IMG/VR virus record: IMGVR_UViG_3300012667_001143
Span: 32,560-96,559 of that record
Source of the DNA: a virus
Lineage: Duplodnaviria > Caudoviricetes
Reading direction: 5' to 3' (one strand)
Length of the DNA: 64,000 nt
Position numbers and translations under genes: made by a program. The notes under the pieces were generated by a model. That model did not search any database and was not told where the DNA came from. It was given only the letters and a program-made list of their open reading frames with translations. This document shows positions 56,559 through 64,000 of the stretch, piece by piece. Position 1 is the first letter of the stretch. The number at the start of each line of letters is the position of its first letter.

Positions 56559-56970
56559 ATTTAGAGTATGGGATGGTGAGAAATTTCTAATGTCTAGCAC
56601 CAGCAGAAAATCAGATGCTGAAAATATAAGTTTAAAAATCGAAGGTGGGATTTTACCTATACACGGTGGCAGATCTAATTATCATAATAATCTCTCGGTT
56701 CAACAATTCACTGGTCTGACGGACAAGAACGGCAAGGAAATCTACGAAGGTGATATTATTGAGGTTGAATTATACGAGAAATGGTCGAGTGAAGAACCCT
56801 TCAAAGCGATCCATGTTGTATTTTATAATTCTAATCGAGGTGCTTTTGTTCATGCTAAAGACCCAAAAACATTTCCATCTGGAATGGTATTTGATCCATA
56901 TACTTTTGATCCTATGCCTTGTGAAGTCATCGGAAACATCTTCGAAACTCCTGAACTCTTAAAACAATGA
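56539..56970 (+). CDS. YopX family protein
   Basis: QFTGLTDKNGKEIYEGDI, EVIGNIFE. Confidence 0.9.
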   Translation: MDSRKIKFRVWDGEKFLMSSTSRKSDAENISLKIEGGILPIHGGRSNYHNNLSVQQFTGLTDKNGKEIYEGDIIEVELYEKWSSEEPFKAIHVVFYNSNRGAFVHAKDPKTFPSGMVFDPYTFDPMPCEVIGNIFETPELLKQ

Positions 56971-57209
56971 AAACAGCAGCATTAAGAGGAACTAAAGCAA
57001 AATTCGTAAAACCAATCACTCACCATTGGTTCACCAATCTTGTAGAAGACCAAAAACTTCTGGAGATTGGAAAAGAATATACGGTTGAAAAGGTCGAAAT
57101 TGCTAGTTCAGGAACATATCTCTGGCTACAAGAAATTCCAATCTATGACGAAGAAAGAGATCTTCCGTTTTTTAACTATCACAGCTTTGAAATACTAAAT
57201 GAAAATTAA
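56967..57209 (+). CDS. hypothetical protein
   Basis: ATGA overlap. Confidence 0.6.
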   Translation: MKTAALRGTKAKFVKPITHHWFTNLVEDQKLLEIGKEYTVEKVEIASSGTYLWLQEIPIYDEERDLPFFNYHSFEILNEN

Positions 57210-57501
57210 CGAACATGATTCACTGAAGCAGCTTCTAATTCTCAAAGAGCTGTGTAACAAGATCTATATTGCTCGAAACATCTCATTGAGTAATGATGAT
57301 GTGATCCGACAATTAGAACTCATTGATAATCTATTTAAAGACAGCGATGGACAAGGAAACTAAGCAACAATTATCAGTACCTTTATTTGGCTGAGTTAAA
57401 ATTGGTATGTTTCCAATTCAACACATCATGGACATGATCCAAATCGCTATTGCTCCAAAAGTTTACATTCTCGAACAAGCATCACAACTAGTTAAAGAAC
57501 A

Positions 57502-57948
57502 ATGAAATTTAAACGACTCTTCAGTCCATTTTTCTGGAAATACGATGTTTGGTATTCACTTTGTGCTTGGTTTAATCCTCGTCAAAAGTGGTTGACTAAA
57601 CATATTCCCAATACATGGAAAGACAAACCTGAGCTTATTCAAGATATTCTTTTTGCTTGTTTGATTCATTATGTAGAGGAAGAAAAAGGTCTACGAGACG
57701 CTTCATTTTATGAAGAAGATCTCAAGGATGGTCATTTGTCTCAGGAACACTATGATCAGTCTGTAACACTCAACAATGATCTTAGAGAGGTCTATGACTA
57801 TATTAAGGTAGAGCGTCCAGTTTTAGAATCAAACGTTAATCATCAAACTGATGTAGTTGTTTGGCTCAATGCTGAAAACACTCTGTATGATAAAGACATT
57901 TGGGCAATGTCTGTTATCGTAAAATACAGCAAATATCTATGGACCTAA
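57502..57948 (+). CDS. hypothetical protein
   Basis: 148-aa ORF. Confidence 0.7.
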   Translation: MKFKRLFSPFFWKYDVWYSLCAWFNPRQKWLTKHIPNTWKDKPELIQDILFACLIHYVEEEKGLRDASFYEEDLKDGHLSQEHYDQSVTLNNDLREVYDYIKVERPVLESNVNHQTDVVVWLNAENTLYDKDIWAMSVIVKYSKYLWT

Positions 57949-58709
57949 AAAACCTAGAACAAACCTACCTCAAACCATGTGGTGGTAAAGTTGTAGCCTC
58001 TTTGATCGGAGGTTCCACTTTATATGGATTAAATACTCCGTCGAGTGACATTGACTATCGTGGTATTTATGTAGCCACTGATAAAAAGTATATCGCTGGA
58101 TTTGAGAGCATGGACAGCGTTGTGCTGTCACCTCATGCTGGAGATAATGAAGATGCTACTTATTATGAGATTGGTCATTATCTTAAACTATTGCGCAAAA
58201 CTAATACTCAAGTGATGGAGATATTGTTTGCTCCAGAGTCGTCTTTTGTTTATAAGCATCCATTTTTCGATCAAATTCGAGCGCATGCATACAGCTTGAT
58301 TGACAGCGAAAAACTAAAGAGTTCTATTCTAGGTTATGTTCATAGTGAACTACGACTAGCAACTGGAGAACGTAGCGGTCAACTTGGAAGCAAACGTAAA
58401 GCTGATGTTGAGAGGTATGGATTTAGTCCTAAAAACTTTGTTCAGATCTTTCGTTTGATTCGTGTGGGCATTCAATTCTTCGACACTGGAGTTTATATGG
58501 TGAACGTGCAAGAACACTCCCCAATTCTTCATGCTTGGTTAATGGCTGTTAAAACTAATCCTTCTGAATACACCTGCGAAGGATTGAAGGAATTAGTATT
58601 ATGTGATTTGGAAGCTTTGGAAGTTTCAATTAAAAAGAGCAAAGTTGATTTAAAGTTTGACATTGATCTTGCTTCTGATATAATTTGTTCAATCCCAAAA
58701 ATCTTTTAA
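57939..58709 (+). CDS. Pol-beta superfamily nucleotidyltransferase (RlaP-like)
   Basis: GSTLYGLNTP.SDIDYRG. Confidence 0.85.
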   Translation: MDLKNLEQTYLKPCGGKVVASLIGGSTLYGLNTPSSDIDYRGIYVATDKKYIAGFESMDSVVLSPHAGDNEDATYYEIGHYLKLLRKTNTQVMEILFAPESSFVYKHPFFDQIRAHAYSLIDSEKLKSSILGYVHSELRLATGERSGQLGSKRKADVERYGFSPKNFVQIFRLIRVGIQFFDTGVYMVNVQEHSPILHAWLMAVKTNPSEYTCEGLKELVLCDLEALEVSIKKSKVDLKFDIDLASDIICSIPKIF

Positions 58710-58873
58710 AAATGAATTTTGAAAATATAGTAGTGTTTTGTGTGTTTGTCTTGTATTCAATCGTAGCTATTTCACATGCCATGAAAGGTAACTATGCATG
58801 GGCTTGTGTGTGGGGTGGCTATGCAGTAGCCAATGTTGGCTTGATTATCGCTCAATCTAAATAAAATAATAAA

Positions 58874-59518
58874 ATGGGAATGTTTGATTATATCAGATGT
58901 AAGATGCCTCTGCCAAAATGGCCCGAGGGCATGAAACAGTGTACTCTGCAAACGAAAAGTTTCGATCATCCTTGTATGAATGATTACGAGATTGAAGACG
59001 GCTTTCTTTATGTTTGCAGCCAAGAGTTTGACTATCAAAAAAATGATTCTGTAACTGGAATTGCTTATCAAGCACTGCCAACAAAGCGTTATGTTGTAAC
59101 TCATTTCAGTGGTGTCATTAAGTTTTATCACTATTATAATCATCCTAATTACACATATGAAGAAGCACACTACTTTGAAGGTGGAAACATTGATTATGAA
59201 GTTAATGTAAAGGAAGGTGTGGTTGGTGAAATTCGATGCGTTTCAAAGGTAGAACCAAAAGAACTGTCTGATGAAGAGGTAGCAGCCAAGGTTGAAAAAT
59301 ATCGTGAGCAGGTTAAAGCTAACCGTGAAAGAATGATCCAACATCGTAAGGAAAATCCATCACCAACTGAAAAATTTGTTGATGATCTTTCCGATATTAT
59401 TTTACCTAAAACAGCAATCACTGATGTGAGTGATTACATTAAGATCATTAATGAAGTTGAGAAGCGTATTAAAGAATGGCGAGTAGAACATGACCCTTGG
59501 TTTTTTCATGAAAAATAA
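58874..59518 (+). CDS. hypothetical protein
   Basis: MGMFD.I.C...QTK. Confidence 0.7.
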   Translation: MGMFDYIRCKMPLPKWPEGMKQCTLQTKSFDHPCMNDYEIEDGFLYVCSQEFDYQKNDSVTGIAYQALPTKRYVVTHFSGVIKFYHYYNHPNYTYEEAHYFEGGNIDYEVNVKEGVVGEIRCVSKVEPKELSDEEVAAKVEKYREQVKANRERMIQHRKENPSPTEKFVDDLSDIILPKTAITDVSDYIKIINEVEKRIKEWRVEHDPWFFHEK

Positions 59519-59640
59519 AAAGTACAAATATAGAGGCAAGATCATTGAATGTGAAGAACATATCATCAAGCAATTAAACCTTGCATTAGCAATGAACCGT
59601 TCTCAAGATCGTTACGTTGAACTAAAACCAAAAAAGCAAA

Positions 59641-59919
59641 ATGGCAGCAAAGAATGACATTACAGGCGACGAGATCAAAAGCAAAGGTCTCTCAAGCAAA
59701 GGGCGAGATAATTGGGATCGTATTTTCAAAAAGCAATCAGCATATGATTGGTTGAAGGAACTTGGATATGATGAAGACACAATCATTGATCCTGATGGGT
59801 GGCGCTATGATGATGTAACTCTCGATGCCCCCATTACTCGCAGTGATTTCTTCACACGATTCAACCAATCAACCGTAGCGTTACCATTACCTAATCTAAA
59901 TGAAAATAAACAACTTTAA
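59641..59919 (+). CDS. hypothetical protein
   Basis: NDITGD.I.SK...NWDRIF plus IIDPDGW. Confidence 0.65.
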   Translation: MAAKNDITGDEIKSKGLSSKGRDNWDRIFKKQSAYDWLKELGYDEDTIIDPDGWRYDDVTLDAPITRSDFFTRFNQSTVALPLPNLNENKQL

Positions 59920-60313
59920 ATTATTCCTCGACGACATACGGAAACCAAAGGATGGATTTCTTTATGGTGAACAGAAGTATCTATTGGATTACTCTCACAC
60001 ACAAAACTGTGAATGGGAAGTAGTTCGTAATTACGAAGACTTTTGTGAATTCCTTGACAAGTTTGGAATTCCTGCTATGGTTAGTTTTGATCACGATTTG
60101 CACTTCGAGCATATGAGACATTATCATGATGTCACATCCAAAACAGGTGTTATTGAATATGGTAATTTAAAACATAAAACAGGAAAGCATTGCGCCGAAT
60201 ACTTTATGGAAAAGTGGCGAGAAGCTGGCAAACCAAACGTTGGTATTTATGTTCACAGCGCTAATCGTTGGGGGCAAGTCGAAATCAAAAACGTACTAAA
60301 GGAAGCATTATGA
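59900..60313 (+). CDS. cyclic-phosphate-processing receiver-like protein
   Basis: LFLDDIR.P, SFDHDL, TG, VHSAN..G. Confidence 0.8.
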   Translation: MKINNFKLFLDDIRKPKDGFLYGEQKYLLDYSHTQNCEWEVVRNYEDFCEFLDKFGIPAMVSFDHDLHFEHMRHYHDVTSKTGVIEYGNLKHKTGKHCAEYFMEKWREAGKPNVGIYVHSANRWGQVEIKNVLKEAL

Positions 60314-60843
60314 TTAATCGTATTTATTGGGATATAGACGAGACCCTCATTCATACAATGATGAGGCCACCAAACCAAACCCATACCGCTTTCAGCTTGG
60401 AAGATGGTATGTATTATACTATGATTCGACCATGCTCGAAAGAGCTGATTGAATTTAGTCGCGAACTTGTTGGAGAGGATAATGTTCATATTCTTACCGC
60501 TGCGACACGCGATTATACGATGGAAATTAATCGTATTGGTGAGTGGGATTTTAAACCAGAAAATATCTTTGCGCGGGAAGATACTAAACAACATACGTTG
60601 TATAGACCAACTATTTATGGTGGTTCTCTCTATGAAGTATTTCCGCATTCATTTGCTCACAAAGATAACGTTCTGATTGATAATCTGCCTCCTCGCGAAA
60701 ATGATTTGAAGACATCTTTTATTGGCATCAATCCAACTACCAATTATTTGATGGTTCATGATTATTACGGCGTGAATAACATAGAACATGATTTCATTAA
60801 ACAAGTAAAAGACTTCCTAATTAAAAAACACAATGAAAACTAA
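60310..60843 (+). CDS. HAD phosphatase (FCP1/NIF-like)
   Basis: DIDETLIH, IRP, LTAA, LIDN. Confidence 0.8.
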   Translation: MINRIYWDIDETLIHTMMRPPNQTHTAFSLEDGMYYTMIRPCSKELIEFSRELVGEDNVHILTAATRDYTMEINRIGEWDFKPENIFAREDTKQHTLYRPTIYGGSLYEVFPHSFAHKDNVLIDNLPPRENDLKTSFIGINPTTNYLMVHDYYGVNNIEHDFIKQVKDFLIKKHNEN

Positions 60844-61171
60844 AATCATCACTATTATTTGCTGGCTTGCTTTTTGTTTGTCTTGTTTTGCAGAAACTGG
60901 AAAAGCTTCTCATTATTCTACTCAGACTGGCAGTAGAACCGCAAGCGGAGAGCGTTTAAACGATAATGCTTATACAGCGGCTCATAGAACTTTAAAATTC
61001 GGAACAAAAGTCAAAGTCGTTAATCTACAAAATGGCAATGAAGTAATCGTTAGAATCAATGATCGCGGTCCTTTTAAAAAGGGTAGAATTATTGACGTTT
61101 CTCGCGCAGCGGCAAAAGCTTTAGGTTTCTATAATCAAGGACTGACAAAGGTTAAAATTTATGTATTATAA
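60833..61171 (+). CDS. rlpA: RlpA-like lytic transglycosylase
   Basis: TASGE, TAAHRTL.FGT, INDRGPF, IIDVS. Confidence 0.9.
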   Translation: MKTKIITIICWLAFCLSCFAETGKASHYSTQTGSRTASGERLNDNAYTAAHRTLKFGTKVKVVNLQNGNEVIVRINDRGPFKKGRIIDVSRAAAKALGFYNQGLTKVKIYVL

Positions 61172-61181
61172 TATATAAAAA

Positions 61182-63659
61182 ATGGATATAATTGAATTCG
61201 CCAAGGGGTACAATGAAGTTTATGTATTGAAAAATATAGGCAATCGCGGAGATAAGCTTATTGAATTGGGAATGCTCCAATATTTTTCTAATTATAAAAT
61301 AAAAGTTAACTTATTAGAATTCAACGACACATCTAAAGAGGGAGATCTATTGTTTGTCAGTGGTGGTGGGGCATTTTGCAACAATTGGTCCCACATGATT
61401 CAGGCTGTAAAAAAAAGATACCATCAATTCAAAAAAATAGTATTACTGCCTTCTACTTTTGATTTGTCATCTAAAACTGTTCGTGATTGGGCAAGTAATC
61501 TTCCTGATCATGTAACAGTTTTTTGCCGTGAGGAAGAAAGCTATAAACAAATGTCTCAGGTAGCGAAGAATGTTTATTTATCGATAGACACGGCTTTCTA
61601 TTTTAATTTTGAAAAATACAAAAAACAAGGATACGGTAATCTCGTTTGCTTCAGAAAAGATTCCGAATCTTCTCGCAACGTTCCATTTATAAAAGACTGT
61701 CACCATAGAGAGGATTTGTCTTCTGGAAACAGTGAAGATTATAAGTATTTTTTAAACACAATAGCTAAATATGAAAATGTTTATACAGACAGGTTGCATG
61801 TAGCTATAGCAGCAACGATGTTGGGTAAAAACGTGATTTTGTATTCTAATTCTTATTTTAAAAATGAGTCTATTTTTAATTACTCCCTGAGACACTATCC
61901 AAATGTTAAATTTGAATACTTGGAGACTGTTTCTTCCGCAGGTCATGTTTCTATTGTATGTGCAATAATGAATAGAGAAGATATGTTGAGAACATCTTTG
62001 TTCTCTTGGTTAAAATTCAAAGAGATTGGCGAGATTATTATTGTTGATTGGTCTTCCAAAAAAGATTTATCTTGGGTTTTGGACATTGATGAAAGAGTTA
62101 AGTATATCCGAGTCGAGGGGGAGGATTATTTCAACATATCTCAAGCCTATAATTTAGGCGCAGATCATGTGACCAAAGATTATATTTTAAAAATGGATGT
62201 CGATTATTTATTAAATCCATATTATAATTTCTTTGATACCAATCCCGTTATGAACGGTTGTTTTTATGCTGGTAATACTTCTGATCAACAAATAGGATGG
62301 GATAACCCTATTTTTAGTTATTTAAATGGAATACTTTATACCAAAACAGAGGATTTTAAAAAAATAGAAGGATACAACGAAAACTTTCAGGGTTATGGCT
62401 ATGATGACGATGAAATATACGAAAATCTACAAAAGATAGGATTGGATAGATTAGATATTTCATATGATTACTCAGTTATGCATGTTCCACATCCTTCAAA
62501 TTTTAGAACATCTAATTATCAAAAAAATCTTCCTGATAATAGAAGTGTTATTTTTAAAAAAAGAAGGATTGTGGAATGGGACTTGTGCGAAAAATCCAAT
62601 AGATATACTTTAGCAAAGATCAAGCCATTTGGAATATCTATAGATAAAAAAAATGATTCAAACTGGTATAAATTTGAGGACGAAGAAGAATATGATTACA
62701 CCTCTGCATGCTTAGAAGGCGATATTGATTATTGGGGCCTGCATCTAAAAGGGAAAATGCCAGAAAATGGTATTTACAAAATAGAAAGCGGCATTGTTTT
62801 TGATGATGGAATGAGCATTTGCCCCAAAACATTAAAACCGTTTATTGATATTTATTGGTTTACTGATAATAGACACGAAAAATTATCTAAAAAACTATAC
62901 AACAGAAAAACGAATAATTTAATTTACAAAAGTGGCAAATGTTTAAATTTGTGCAGTCCTTGGGCTGATATTAATTATGGTCATTTCGTACTAGACTCTA
63001 TAACAAAGTTAGAGATTGTGGAGGGTTGCTGTCCATTAAAGATTGATGAGTTCAATTATATATTGATGCCGACTTTTAAAAGTAAAGAATCTGGTATGTT
63101 GATTGATTTTTTTAAAATACCACGAAATAAAATTCTTTATCCAACTTCTGATCGTCAATATCAATTTGATGAATTATATACTCCGTCTCTTCGCGGTGGT
63201 CCAGCAATTACAAAACCTAAATCAGTAGATAAGATTAGAGAAGCTTTCGATGTAAAAAATAGAAAACCAACAAAAAAACTTTACATTAGTAGAAAAGGTT
63301 TTTCTCGCAATATCGCAAATGAGGAGTCTGTATGGAGCGTTTTAAAAGATTATGGTTTTGAAAAGATAAATCCAAAAGAAGTAGAAGACTGTCCACAATT
63401 ATTCAATGAAGCGTCTATCATTGTTGGACCACATGGAGCAGGATTAACCAATATGATTTTCTGTCAATCAAACACGAAAATAATAGAATTAATGCCCCAT
63501 TCCCACCGATACACTTGGTATTTAAGTTTGGCTCATGCCTGTGGTTTGCCTTATCATGGTTTGATCTGTGGAGATCAAGATTCTTTTCTTGTAAATATAG
63601 AGAAACTTAAAAACATTTTAGATTCAACGCTCGAAGAAAAAAACGCTGAAAATTCTTGA
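61182..63659 (+). CDS. fusion: polysaccharide pyruvyltransferase + GT2/GT7-like + GT61
   Basis: GNRGD, GGG, TDRLH; VDW, DVD, GYGYDD; NYGHF, YISR, GPHGAGLTN. Confidence 0.85.
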   Translation: MDIIEFAKGYNEVYVLKNIGNRGDKLIELGMLQYFSNYKIKVNLLEFNDTSKEGDLLFVSGGGAFCNNWSHMIQAVKKRYHQFKKIVLLPSTFDLSSKTVRDWASNLPDHVTVFCREEESYKQMSQVAKNVYLSIDTAFYFNFEKYKKQGYGNLVCFRKDSESSRNVPFIKDCHHREDLSSGNSEDYKYFLNTIAKYENVYTDRLHVAIAATMLGKNVILYSNSYFKNESIFNYSLRHYPNVKFEYLETVSSAGHVSIVCAIMNREDMLRTSLFSWLKFKEIGEIIIVDWSSKKDLSWVLDIDERVKYIRVEGEDYFNISQAYNLGADHVTKDYILKMDVDYLLNPYYNFFDTNPVMNGCFYAGNTSDQQIGWDNPIFSYLNGILYTKTEDFKKIEGYNENFQGYGYDDDEIYENLQKIGLDRLDISYDYSVMHVPHPSNFRTSNYQKNLPDNRSVIFKKRRIVEWDLCEKSNRYTLAKIKPFGISIDKKNDSNWYKFEDEEEYDYTSACLEGDIDYWGLHLKGKMPENGIYKIESGIVFDDGMSICPKTLKPFIDIYWFTDNRHEKLSKKLYNRKTNNLIYKSGKCLNLCSPWADINYGHFVLDSITKLEIVEGCCPLKIDEFNYILMPTFKSKESGMLIDFFKIPRNKILYPTSDRQYQFDELYTPSLRGGPAITKPKSVDKIREAFDVKNRKPTKKLYISRKGFSRNIANEESVWSVLKDYGFEKINPKEVEDCPQLFNEASIIVGPHGAGLTNMIFCQSNTKIIELMPHSHRYTWYLSLAHACGLPYHGLICGDQDSFLVNIEKLKNILDSTLEEKNAENS

Positions 63660-63691
63660 CTCAGCGATTATTTTGGAGTAAAGTCTCCATA

Positions 63692-64000
63692 ATGAAAAAG
63701 AAGACACTGCTCCGAGAAAACAAGAAGGATATTTCTCGGTGTCCCACATATATTTTGGGCGACAATCACGGCAAATATGACTCGCTTATCAACAAACTCG
63801 AATCCTACGATATTAAGGATTGTACCCTCATTCATGTTGGTGATGGAGGTGAAGGATTTATCAGTCCTGAAAAACAACTACGTCAGTTTGAATTGCTGAA
63901 CAATCGTTTCAAAAAGCGTAATATTCATTACCTGAGCATTCGAGGTAATCATAGTGATCCTGCTTATTTTAAGGGTCAAGTTGCTCTTTCCAATTTTGAA
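63692..64000 (+). CDS. metallophosphoesterase, 3' partial
   Basis: GDNHG, HVGD, IRGNH. Confidence 0.8.
   Translation, partial: MKKKTLLRENKKDISRCPTYILGDNHGKYDSLINKLESYDIKDCTLIHVGDGGEGFISPEKQLRQFELLNNRFKKRNIHYLSIRGNHSDPAYFKGQVALSNFE

Noticed and set aside
1-64000. Stop-codon recoding or suppressor tRNA
   Set aside because: Conserved genes intact in code 11; no CTA/TCA anticodon; the TAA anticodon is Leu
1-64000. Bacterial chromosome origin or specific host assignment
   Set aside because: Tail, rII and lysis genes indicate phage; host clues conflict and are insufficient

Overview
64 kb of a large, AT-rich tailed dsDNA phage genome (standard genetic code; host not determinable). 1-6.7 kb: DEDDh exonuclease, PHP-less DnaE, Clp ATPase, kinase-fold protein. 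6.7-29.7 kb: mostly minus-strand virion genes (two DUF285/BspA-like LRR proteins with small partners, a fibre, a lambda-like L-K-I-J tail tip), interrupted by glycosyltransferases. 29.7-33.7 kb: sulfotransferase, Mom-like acetyltransferase, nucleases, probable spanins. 33.8-44.8 kb: 24 complete tRNAs (one with a group I intron), one aberrant tRNA, two tRNA remnants, tmRNA, five free-standing endonucleases and about ten unexplained structured RNAs, preceded by an attenuator-like leader. 45-64 kb: lysis genes, rIIA/rIIB, RNA-repair/translation-rescue enzymes, three YopX paralogues, a triple glycan-transferase fusion. Best candidates for undescribed systems: (i) [S/T]-G dipeptide enrichment in virion proteins alongside glycosyl/sulfo/pyruvyl transferases (proteoglycan-like virion coat); (ii) non-tRNA structured RNAs interleaved in the tRNA array; (iii) a 76-bp direct repeat that could swap fibre tips; (iv) a leader-peptide attenuator before the tRNA array; (v) endonuclease cassettes that break a tRNA/tmRNA and supply a replacement. 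All folds, counts and family calls were made by eye; no searches were run.
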